Shown: positions 7,908 through 13,759 of the stretch, piece by piece
Numbering within the stretch: position 1 is the stretch's first letter
Layout: each line of letters opens with the position of its first letter
Origin: a virus
Direction: 5' to 3' (one strand)
Virus genome (UHGV): UHGV-0060588
DNA: 16,053 nucleotides
Translations under genes and position numbers: made by a program
The notes under the pieces: model-generated
The model's input: the letters and a program-made list of their open reading frames with translations, nothing else
The model's database searches: none
Told to the model about the DNA's origin: nothing

Positions 7908-8101
7908 TTTACAATCTCCCATTTAACGCCGTGGAAGCCATCACCTTCATCGTTACCAAAGTCTATGAAAATATCGCAGTCGTCGTCGGAGACTATATAA
8001 CCGAAACCAGTAGCTGTCGGGTTGTATACATCATACACTTTACCCTCTGTCACATAGTCAAGGGCGGCTAACCAGAGAATTTTAGCGGCTTTAACTTTCA
8101 T
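7904..8101 (-). CDS. hypothetical acidic protein, 65 aa
   Basis: ATGA overlap with the upstream gene. Very acidic C-terminal half (VSDDDCDIFIDFGNDEGDGFHG). Confidence 0.5.
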   Translation of the reverse strand: MKVKAAKILWLAALDYVTEGKVYDVYNPTATGFGYIVSDDDCDIFIDFGNDEGDGFHGVKWEIVK

Positions 8102-8247
8102 TTCTTCTCTCCTGCATAGGCTGCTTTCAGTGTCTGCATAGCGGCGAACCAGAACGCGTCCGCCTGGATGCTGTTGCTCAGGTTACTGACAGCGATATGT
8201 GCCATCAATTGTGCGTCTTTGAATGCTTCGATATCTGTGATTTTCAT
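8098..8247 (-). CDS. hypothetical protein, 49 aa, predicted helical (below the ORF-track cutoff)
   Basis: ATG 8247 overlaps the stop of the first operon gene (ATGA), and its own stop overlaps the next start (ATGA). Manual translation. Confidence 0.4.
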   Translation of the reverse strand: MKITDIEAFKDAQLMAHIAVSNLSNSIQADAFWFAAMQTLKAAYAGEKK

Positions 8248-8432
8248 TTATCATCTCCGTAAAAAGCCGCCACTTGTCCAACAATGATAATAAAATCATC
8301 CATACTCACGTTAACACTAACTGATTCGTCGCTAGCACCGTCGGTACAAGTTATAGATAATGTCCCGTCCCGGCACTTCTCTATCTCCATGTAATCCCCC
8401 CAGTTATCTGTATGCTTAATCTTAGTCATCAT
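8244..8432 (-). CDS. hypothetical acidic protein, 62 aa; first gene of the accessory operon
   Basis: GGAG-type SD (GGAGTAGAGAGAA) before the ATG; sits downstream of promoter P4. Asp/Glu-rich. Confidence 0.5.
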   Translation of the reverse strand: MMTKIKHTDNWGDYMEIEKCRDGTLSITCTDGASDESVSVNVSMDDFIIIVGQVAAFYGDDK

Positions 8433-8466
8433 TTCTCTCTACTCCGTTCTCGTTGTTGATGGAGTA

Positions 8467-8495
8467 AATATAATAGGGTCTAGGATAATAGTCAA
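8467..8495 (-). promoter_or_regulatory. sigma70-type promoter P4 (TTGACT-N17-TATATT) driving the accessory operon
   Basis: Minus-strand -35 TTGACT (plus 8490-8495), 17-nt spacer, -10 TATATT (plus 8467-8472), between the lysis-operon terminator and the first accessory gene. Confidence 0.5.
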
Positions 8496-8517
8496 CTAGT
8501 CATTACGGAAAATAGAT

Positions 8518-8551
8518 AAAAAAAAAATCCCGGCTGGGTCAGGGCCGGGAT
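8518..8551 (-). terminator. strong rho-independent terminator (8-bp stem ATCCCGGC/GCCGGGAT followed by U10 on the minus strand)
   Basis: Perfect GC-rich hairpin and a run of 10 A on the plus strand (T on minus), about 65 nt downstream of the endolysin stop. Confidence 0.8.
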
Positions 8552-8615
8552 AAAACTGGAGAGTAGAGGGATGAAGCAGGAGGTGATTTAAGTATCGTAG
8601 GATTAGTCTCAGGTG

Positions 8616-9101
8616 TCAACCTTTCACCGCGCGCCCGATAGCCTCCGCCTCCTGCCACGGCTTACCGTCGAACAGCGCAAGACGCCCGGCGGTACGGCGA
8701 CGCAGACCGAGTAATGGTTTGCCGTTCTGGTTGATGAACAGCGCCAGCTTAGCCCGCAGTGTCGCAATATCACCAGAACGCAGAGCCTTACCGGTTCCGG
8801 TAGTAGCCGCAATCACACCGGCACCCGCGTTATAGACCAGGTCACACACAGCGTCGAACTGCGCCTGTGTCAGGGAGTGGTGTGCTGCCGCATCAACCGC
8901 AGCTACGGCCTTAGCCATATCGCGATTCAGTAACAGGAGGCCTTGGCCAGGGGTGATGGTCTTACCTTCATACACATGAGGGCCATAGCTTCCGTAGCCT
9001 ATGGTTAAGTATTTTTCCGAAGGTGTCGCGCGGTAGGCGGTCCCGCGGAAATCTTCCCAAGCCGCAGTAAACTTGAGGCCGTTGTCACTCATCGAGCGCA
9101 T
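8616..9101 (-). CDS. endolysin, phage lysozyme (T4/lambda-type glycoside hydrolase family 24), 161 aa
   Basis: Lysozyme signature FTAAWEDFRGTAYRATPSEKYLTIGYGSYGP (catalytic Glu/Asp/Thr context). GGAG SD 8 nt before ATG 9101, which overlaps the HNH gene end. Confidence 0.85.
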   Translation of the reverse strand: MRSMSDNGLKFTAAWEDFRGTAYRATPSEKYLTIGYGSYGPHVYEGKTITPGQGLLLLNRDMAKAVAAVDAAAHHSLTQAQFDAVCDLVYNAGAGVIAATTGTGKALRSGDIATLRAKLALFINQNGKPLLGLRRRTAGRLALFDGKPWQEAEAIGRAVKG

Positions 9102-9604
9102 AAAGAGAACTCCTTGTGGTATTTATCTCGGGCTTCGCTAGCTACTAACTCAGCGAACTCAAGGTCATCGAAGTAACCGAAAAACTTGCGCACACCTTTT
9201 TGCAAACGGATTCTCACCATCCATTTCCCTTGCTGTCTATGGACGCCTGATACTCCGCTGGTGTTGTTGCGCGATAACCCACGGTTGCGGTTGTTGTCCT
9301 GCGAGTCACATTCTCTCAGGTTACAAAACCTATTATCGTCTCTTACCCCGTTCCTGTGGTCTATCTGCCCGCTGGGCCACTCTCCTGTTATATAGAACCA
9401 TGCAAGCCTGTGTTGCCGTAGGTATTTACCTTTGAGCATGATTACTTTATACCCGTCCGGGTCTCTCCCGTCTGGCACAGTCCCTTTAGGGGCTTTTGAA
9501 CTAACCGTCTTAAGCCACGTGAATAACCCCGTGTCAGGGTTGTAATCTAAAACGCTACGAACATAGTCACGGCTAAGTTCATTATCTGAAATGTTTCGAG
9601 ACAC
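9089..9604 (-). CDS. HNH-AP2 homing endonuclease, about 171 aa from GTG 9604
   Basis: HNH motif QHRLAWFYITGEWPSGQIDHRNGVRDDNRFCNLRECDSQDNNRNRG and AP2-type C-terminus GVSGVHRQQGKWMVRIRLQKGVRKFFGYFDDLEFAEL. GTG 9604 has a GGAGGA SD 7 nt upstream; the track start at ATG 9655 has none and would overlap the upstream gene by 70 nt. Confidence 0.8.
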   Translation of the reverse strand: MSRNISDNELSRDYVRSVLDYNPDTGLFTWLKTVSSKAPKGTVPDGRDPDGYKVIMLKGKYLRQHRLAWFYITGEWPSGQIDHRNGVRDDNRFCNLRECDSQDNNRNRGLSRNNTSGVSGVHRQQGKWMVRIRLQKGVRKFFGYFDDLEFAELVASEARDKYHKEFSLCAR

Positions 9605-9854
9605 GCTTATGTCCTCCGTATGACAGCCACGCCTGTCGAATCTGACGCAGCGCAACTAATGTGATTAATGTCTCAGGCAACGTGGGCGACATGCTGCCCT
9701 GTAACAGGTGAATGCCCCCGGCAGCGCAGACAATAGCGGTCAGGATATAGAGCACCCGACCAAATAGCCCGTCGTCAACGCTGGGGTGATACACATTAAA
9801 CAGCGATGTGCCTCCGATTGCCAGCATACCGCCGAACCAGAATAACTCATTCAT
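9582..9854 (-). CDS. small membrane protein with two predicted transmembrane segments (holin/antiholin-like), 90 aa from ATG 9854
   Basis: Internal ATG 9854 has a GGAGG SD and overlaps the holin stop (ATGA); the track ORF 9582..9935 begins earlier, inside the holin gene. Two hydrophobic stretches (LFWFGGMLAIGGTSLF and VLYILTAIVCAAGGIHLL). Confidence 0.55.
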   Translation of the reverse strand: MNELFWFGGMLAIGGTSLFNVYHPSVDDGLFGRVLYILTAIVCAAGGIHLLQGSMSPTLPETLITLVALRQIRQAWLSYGGHKRVSKHFR

Positions 9855-10155
9855 CCGGGCCTCCTCGACGTGCGATGTATTCTCCGGCGACGATGCCAGA
9901 AAGGCGGGAATAGATAGGCATCCAGAGAATGGCAATGATGAATCCGAGGCCAGCTATCTCGCTCTCGCCGGTAATGCCGAACCATTGAGCCGCGAGAGGT
10001 GCGCCAAATACGGCGCAAGTGAAGCCGGTAGCGATAAAGCAGAAGCCATCGATGGGGCCAGAAATAACGGACTTATGTTGCCTTAGTCCGATTACCCCTC
10101 CGGCTAGCGCGGCAGCGAGAAGCCAGCCTGTCACTGTTTCAGTAAATTTATCCAA
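9847..10155 (-). CDS. putative holin, 102 aa, three hydrophobic segments, TTG start
   Basis: Hydrophobic segments WLLAAALAGGVIGL, FCFIATGFTCAVFGAPLAA and IAGLGFIIAILWMPIY. First gene of the lysis cassette; GGAGGA SD 6 nt before TTG 10155. Confidence 0.6.
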   Translation of the reverse strand: MDKFTETVTGWLLAAALAGGVIGLRQHKSVISGPIDGFCFIATGFTCAVFGAPLAAQWFGITGESEIAGLGFIIAILWMPIYSRLSGIVAGEYIARRGGPDE

Positions 10156-10160
10156 GATGA

Positions 10161-10200
10161 ATCCTCCAGGTGCGTATTAAGTATGCAGTAACTGGAGGAT
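10161..10200 (-). promoter_or_regulatory. RNA hairpin (9-bp perfect stem ATCCTCCAG/CTGGAGGAT) that sequesters the holin Shine-Dalgarno
   Basis: Plus 10161-10169 and 10192-10200 are exact reverse complements. In the minus-strand mRNA the 3' arm contains the GGAGGA SD 6 nt before the holin start. Confidence 0.45.
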
Positions 10201-10230
10201 ACCACGGGTAGGAATTATCTTAATAACGGT

Positions 10231-10524
10231 TTATTTGTGTCTCCAGATGTATTGTCGTCTCTGTGGCTTCGTCGGAATATCATCGTACCCCAGCGATTTC
10301 CAGTAATTAAATAACCTATTTGCGATTGCTGCGCGTTCCTGTGTTTTAAACTCACCCAGGTTAACGGCCTTCCCGTTCTGGAACCCGCAGGCGCGGACTG
10401 CTTTGCGTCTGGCTTGAATCTCAGGGTACAGCGCGTTACGGCGGCGCTTGTATATTCGGGTGTTCGTTCTCGGTGACAGCGGCGCAAGGCCGCTTCGTTT
10501 CAGGATGTCAGTTGCAAGGCTCAT
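10231..10524 (-). CDS. small basic protein with AP2-like DNA-binding segment, 97 aa from ATG 10524
   Basis: ATG 10524 overlaps the upstream stop (ATGA); the track ORF extends to 10569. Arg/Lys-rich, with GFQNGKAVNLGEFKTQERAAIANRLF resembling the AP2 GK...LG.F.T.E.A..A pattern. Confidence 0.5.
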   Translation of the reverse strand: MSLATDILKRSGLAPLSPRTNTRIYKRRRNALYPEIQARRKAVRACGFQNGKAVNLGEFKTQERAAIANRLFNYWKSLGYDDIPTKPQRRQYIWRHK

Positions 10525-10715
10525 ATTCCGAGAATCTCGCGGGCCATTTCTTCTGTAACTTTCGAACAAGGTTCGTACATTACCTGTTCAGCGAATTCAC
10601 GTAACTTTGCTTCCAGTTTAAGATAAGCGTCGTATTCTACATAATCGCCGTATGCGTACTCAGCCATCTCAGGCTCTGGCAGGCCCCACGCTTTTACCTC
10701 ATACCTCTGTACCAT
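10521..10715 (-). CDS. hypothetical protein, 64 aa, paralog B of a tandem pair (begins MVQRY)
   Basis: ATG 10715 overlaps the stop of paralog A (TGATG). Shares the N-terminus MVQRY and a central Y-V-E-Y-D...L-K-L-E-A motif with the upstream gene. Confidence 0.5.
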   Translation of the reverse strand: MVQRYEVKAWGLPEPEMAEYAYGDYVEYDAYLKLEAKLREFAEQVMYEPCSKVTEEMAREILGI

Positions 10716-10918
10716 CACTCCACCCCTTCCAAATGTGTAACTGACCCACAGTTCGCGCACTCGACGTAATCAGGGAACTGGTCTTTGTATTTCTGTAACT
10801 CGGCTTCAACTTCCAACAGCTTGTGGTCAAGATTCTGGTAGTCCTCAAACTTAACCCACGCCCCGTGACGGTCCCCGAAATGGTTGTCAGACCCATACTT
10901 AGAGTATCTCTGTACCAT
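10715..10918 (-). CDS. hypothetical protein, 67 aa, paralog A of a tandem pair (begins MVQRY)
   Basis: AGGAG SD 8 nt before ATG 10918 (the track starts 2 codons earlier at GTG). Ends in a C-x2-C motif (ECANCGSVTHLEGVE). Confidence 0.5.
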   Translation of the reverse strand: MVQRYSKYGSDNHFGDRHGAWVKFEDYQNLDHKLLEVEAELQKYKDQFPDYVECANCGSVTHLEGVE

Positions 10919-10920
10919 AA

Positions 10921-11124
10921 TCACTTCTCCTGTTTACCAAGTCGCTTAGGTGAGCAGATAGCGCGTACCTCTGAGTCGTTGGGCTTGTCACCCTGAAACA
11001 GAAAGTGCGCGTTCTCTGCGGCGCGTGCCGCTGACTGGCACGCCTCCATCGAATAAAACGTTTCTGATGCCGCTAGCTGCATCTGGCCTGCGGACAATAC
11101 CCAGATAAATAATATGCTGGTCAT
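10921..11124 (-). CDS. small protein with N-terminal signal-peptide-like hydrophobic segment, 67 aa from ATG 11124
   Basis: MTSILFIWVLSAGQMQLAAS followed by a polar domain with two Cys. Its stop overlaps the next start. Track ORF 10921..11139. Confidence 0.45.
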   Translation of the reverse strand: MTSILFIWVLSAGQMQLAASETFYSMEACQSAARAAENAHFLFQGDKPNDSEVRAICSPKRLGKQEK

Positions 11125-11612
11125 TTGATCACCCCGCATTTAGAGCACTGCTGTAAGTCGCTACACCACAGAACCAAACGATAGTCATGTTCACATTCCT
11201 GTGTGTCAATCTTGTATTCCACTATGTCTGCGTATGTTCCATCCCAAATCCACGACCGCTTTTCTGCTGCTACACTGTGTTTCGGCTCCTCCCCGTTGCG
11301 ATACCGGATAAATACCATAGTCCCATCCGGCACAGGTTGTCGTGCACCATAATGAGGCCTCCAGGCGTTGTACTGAGTATCTTCCTTACGGCAACCAGAT
11401 TGCTCTGCTGCTATATAAGCGCCTACGTCACCTGTAGCTGTAGCCAACGCCTTATGCAACCCCTTAATATGTTCTGACGCATCACGTAACTGATTCTTGA
11501 GTGACAACACCTCGTACGCCAGGTCTTCGCACTGTTGCTTGTACGGGTTGCTATTTACCTGCTGCCGTAGTTGGTCAATCAGCCACTCGAATACTTCGTT
11601 TTTGTTACTCAT
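11121..11612 (-). CDS. hypothetical protein, 163 aa from ATG 11612; C-terminal Cys-rich segment
   Basis: GAGGAGAG SD 7 nt before ATG 11612 (the track begins at TTG 11639). C-terminal ECEHDYRLVLWCSDLQQCSKCG. Confidence 0.55.
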   Translation of the reverse strand: MSNKNEVFEWLIDQLRQQVNSNPYKQQCEDLAYEVLSLKNQLRDASEHIKGLHKALATATGDVGAYIAAEQSGCRKEDTQYNAWRPHYGARQPVPDGTMVFIRYRNGEEPKHSVAAEKRSWIWDGTYADIVEYKIDTQECEHDYRLVLWCSDLQQCSKCGVIK

Positions 11613-11631
11613 CTTCTGTCTCTCCTCTCGC

Positions 11632-11904
11632 TTATTCAACAGCGCCTGTTATTGCGATAAGCCCGGTGTTATCGCGGCGACGATACTTACGAATCACAGT
11701 TTTAAGTTCTTCATTACTACTCTGATGCCCGAACGTGATCGGCAGCTCTTCTCCTCCTGACATCCCGAACTCAGTGTCCGTCGGTTTGTCCCGCCACCCC
11801 TGAATAAACCCGAAACGGTCGCGAGTTATATACCGGTAGTTGTTAGGGAGGGGCAACTCCAGCCCCTCAAAATCAACGGTCACGGTGTAGCTGCTAAAAT
11901 TCAT
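11632..11904 (-). CDS. hypothetical protein, about 90 aa from ATG 11904
   Basis: Open frame in the coupled operon; the track begins at TTG 11910. No recognisable motif. Confidence 0.45.
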   Translation of the reverse strand: MNFSSYTVTVDFEGLELPLPNNYRYITRDRFGFIQGWRDKPTDTEFGMSGGEELPITFGHQSSNEELKTVIRKYRRRDNTGLIAITGAVE

Positions 11905-12043
11905 AGTCAATTACCCCGAACTCATTGATGATTTGAGCCTTGTAGAAGTTGCCGTTTGAGGCCAGGTGGTACGCCTGCGTCATAGTCATCTCACGATATG
12001 TTGCAGCGCTGTTTTCGAACTCCATAATCATCAAAGTAACCAT
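11894..12043 (-). CDS. hypothetical protein, 49 aa, first gene downstream of promoter P2 (below the ORF-track cutoff)
   Basis: ATG 12043 directly preceded by GAGAGGAGAGAGAAG (SD). Manual translation: MVTLMIMEFENSAATYREMTMTQAYHLASNGNFYKAQIINEFGVIDYEF. Confidence 0.4.
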   Translation of the reverse strand: MVTLMIMEFENSAATYREMTMTQAYHLASNGNFYKAQIINEFGVIDYEF

Positions 12044-12072
12044 CTTCTCTCTCCTCTCGTTTGTGTAAATGA

Positions 12073-12101
12073 ATAGTAACCTATTCTATCCTAGCGTGCA
12101 A
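12073..12101 (-). promoter_or_regulatory. sigma70-type promoter P2 (TTGCAC-N17-TACTAT)
   Basis: Minus-strand -35 TTGCAC (plus 12096-12101), 17-nt spacer, -10 TACTAT (plus 12073-12078). Shares AATAGGTTACTATTCA and the downstream AAACGAGA with P3. Confidence 0.55.
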
Positions 12102-12175
12102 GTAAATTTTATTGGTGTTTGTATTGTTGCATCTCCTGCAATAGTCGCTTCGATTGTTGCGTTTGGTGAAATAGA

Positions 12176-12215
12176 ACAAAAATGAGAAAAATGATACGCT
12201 GCTGTGTAGCAGCGT
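12176..12215 (-). terminator. rho-independent terminator (ACGCTGCT-GTGT-AGCAGCGT followed by a U-rich tract on the minus strand)
   Basis: 8-bp perfect stem at 12196-12215, with ATCATTTTTCTCATTTTT immediately downstream on the minus strand; sits after the DUF551 gene stop. Confidence 0.65.
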
Positions 12216-12248
12216 AAGTCACTCAGTAAAATCCCAAACTATTGAACA

Positions 12249-12449
12249 TCACACTTCTGACGGCTCTGGTAACGGCATCCAGTGTGTCACGTACTTATCA
12301 TAGTGATTCCAGAACGGCTTTCTCCCGTCATCAGGAACGATGTAATAGTCGTGCTGAACTGCGTTATTCAACGTTTCATACACCAGAAACTCTTTATCAG
12401 TACTTCCGTTACCTGGTAGCATCTCACTACACTTAATCCACTCGCTCAT
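12249..12449 (-). CDS. DUF551 domain protein, 66 aa
   Basis: MSEWIKCSEMLP...VTHWMPLPEPSEV matches the recalled DUF551 signature (W-I-x-x-x-E-x-LP near the N-terminus, VTHWMPLPEPP-like C-terminus). ATGA overlap with the upstream gene. Confidence 0.7.
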   Translation of the reverse strand: MSEWIKCSEMLPGNGSTDKEFLVYETLNNAVQHDYYIVPDDGRKPFWNHYDKYVTHWMPLPEPSEV

Positions 12450-12607
12450 AAATCACCTCTCTTTTCGAATGCACCAGCCATTACATTCGCACCAGCTTTC
12501 CACGCCCGCCACGCGAGACGCGTCTTAACGTTCAGGTACTCTTTCTTTGAACCCTTATTAACGGGCAGACCCTCGACGACGGCCCACCGTTCGAATGCTT
12601 CTCTCAT
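12446..12607 (-). CDS. hypothetical protein, 53 aa (below the ORF-track cutoff)
   Basis: ATG 12607 overlaps the upstream stop (ATGA) and its stop overlaps the DUF551 start (ATGA). Manual translation. Confidence 0.4.
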   Translation of the reverse strand: MREAFERWAVVEGLPVNKGSKKEYLNVKTRLAWRAWKAGANVMAGAFEKRGDL

Positions 12608-12759
12608 TCCAGAACCTCGCATTCGTCCCGATACACGAACAATAATGACCCTTTGTACTCAATCATAAAACCATAATGGTTGCTGCTGAACGCCATAAAA
12701 ACATCACCTACCGAGATACCGAAATCGATAAGCCCGCGGTCAGTTATTCGAATTCTCAT
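12604..12759 (-). CDS. hypothetical protein, 51 aa (below the ORF-track cutoff)
   Basis: ATG 12759 preceded by GGGGG (5-nt spacer); its stop overlaps the next start (ATGA). Manual translation. Confidence 0.4.
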   Translation of the reverse strand: MRIRITDRGLIDFGISVGDVFMAFSSNHYGFMIEYKGSLLFVYRDECEVLE

Positions 12760-12819
12760 ACCAACCCCCACAACGCGTGCACCGCATAAACGGCGCTGAC
12801 AATTAAAATAAACGGATAG

Positions 12820-13077
12820 TTATTCACGGCAACCTCCCTCAGAGTCGTCGGCACGAGCATCATGATTCGATGCCGTTCTGAATGTTACCGCTGGTGTGCC
12901 CAGGACATTCACGGTAAAGGCTTCACCATGTGATTGCTCTAAATCCCACTCATCACCTTCCTCGTCTAAAACGTAGAGACGACCGTCGTAGTGTACTTTC
13001 AACGAATACTCGTTGCCTTTTATAAACCAACCGCCCATTTCTGCTTTAGACTCAATACAAATTAATTCTTCCATCAC
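12820..13077 (-). CDS. hypothetical protein, 85 aa
   Basis: Track ORF; its start overlaps the stop of the upstream gene. No recognisable motif. Confidence 0.5.
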   Translation of the reverse strand: MMEELICIESKAEMGGWFIKGNEYSLKVHYDGRLYVLDEEGDEWDLEQSHGEAFTVNVLGTPAVTFRTASNHDARADDSEGGCRE

Positions 13078-13274
13078 TTCGCCCCTTTGAATTTAAAATT
13101 GTTGCCTATGAGCTTCATTTCATACTCTCGGTAATACGCCGTGGAACTTAACCCGTGCTCCCTGAGTAAGCTAACGACATAAGAACTTCGGTACACTGTC
13201 GATTTCTTTTCAATAATACCTAAGCTACCGTACATCGTTTTCACCAACTGACCCTTCCTAAACATAACCCTCAC
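13074..13274 (-). CDS. hypothetical protein, about 63-66 aa, first gene downstream of promoter P3
   Basis: Track ORF starts at GTG 13274; an in-frame ATG at 13265 follows GAGGG. Lys-rich. Confidence 0.45.
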   Translation of the reverse strand: MRVMFRKGQLVKTMYGSLGIIEKKSTVYRSSYVVSLLREHGLSSTAYYREYEMKLIGNNFKFKGAK

Positions 13275-13299
13275 TCATCTGTCTCGTTTCGATAAGTGA

Positions 13300-13328
13300 A
13301 TAGTATCCTATTATGTTGGGGTGTGCAA
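13300..13328 (-). promoter_or_regulatory. sigma70-type promoter P3 (TTGCAC-N17-TACTAT)
   Basis: Minus-strand -35 TTGCAC (plus 13323-13328), 17-nt spacer, -10 TACTAT (plus 13300-13305). Near-identical core to P1 and P2. Confidence 0.55.
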
Positions 13329-13400
13329 GAAAATAGTTACGTTGCCGTTGTGATTCTTCAGGTAGGGTTGTGCCTTTATTCTTATTACTTGGTAACTAAA

Positions 13401-13421
13401 GGGCAGGCCCTAAGCCTGCCC
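13401..13421. other. GC-rich hairpin GGGCAGGC-CCTAA-GCCTGCCC in the divergent intergenic region
   Basis: 8-bp perfect stem with 5-nt loop and A/T-rich flanks on both sides; lies upstream of P3, so it is not an obvious terminator of any annotated gene. Confidence 0.35.
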
Positions 13422-13575
13422 ACTAATCGTTACATTTTTACGGTTGCGAATCTACGGCACATTAAGAAAATCAGATACTTAAGAGATATGCTGCCGATGA
13501 GAATAGAGCTTGCCCAGGGCAACCGGAGATACTAAGGAAGGAAAGTTACAATAATTCTAATGTTCAGTAAGCCTG

Positions 13576-13609
13576 TGTTTAACCCTTTGCTTGACGCACG
13601 GGTTAAACA
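13576..13609. promoter_or_regulatory. 10-bp perfect inverted repeat TGTTTAACCC-N14-GGGTTAAACA (candidate operator)
   Basis: Exact reverse-complement arms at 13576-13585 and 13600-13609 with TTGACG in the spacer, in the 450-bp divergent intergenic region upstream of the plus-strand HTH gene. Confidence 0.4.
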
Positions 13610-13698
13610 TTCTTACAAGGTGAACAAGAATAAAAGTAACTAAGATATAGAAGCACCTTAAACGAAGATTTCCATAATGTCAATAGGTGCGATTATGT

Positions 13699-13727
13699 TT
13701 GATTTCCCATTATTCGCAATGTATACT
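13699..13727 (+). promoter_or_regulatory. candidate sigma70 promoter (TTGATT-N17-TATACT) for the rightward operon
   Basis: -35 at 13699-13704 and -10 at 13722-13727, about 33 nt upstream of ATG 13760. Does not carry the AATAGG-TACTATTCA core of P1-P3. Confidence 0.4.
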
Positions 13728-13759
13728 TGGTTTCGTTGACTGATAATGAGGGTTTGAGA

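Noticed and set aside
8569-8589. Mini-ORF ATGAAGCAGGAGGTGATTTAA on the plus strand after the lysis terminator
   Set aside because: Only 6 codons, on the strand opposite to all neighbouring transcription; the apparent SD/ATG is most likely coincidental.
9605-9655. ATG 9655 as the start of the second HNH endonuclease
   Set aside because: It would overlap the upstream membrane-protein gene by about 70 nt and has no SD; GTG 9604 has a GGAGGA SD at correct spacing and gives the usual HNH-AP2 N-terminus.
10215-10487. 90-aa ORF in an alternative frame overlapping the basic AP2-like gene
   Set aside because: Same strand but a different frame from 10231..10524, which is the frame showing ATGA coupling to the upstream gene and the AP2-like motif.
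11121-11612. DUF551 assignment for the 163-aa protein
   Set aside because: It lacks the N-terminal W-x-x-x-x-E-x-LP and C-terminal VTHWMPLP signatures that are clear in the 12249..12449 product, so it is left as hypothetical.
13296-13535. 79-aa plus-strand ORF in the divergent intergenic region
   Set aside because: It overlaps promoter P3 and the GC hairpin, has no SD and gives a hydrophobic low-complexity translation; more likely non-coding regulatory DNA.
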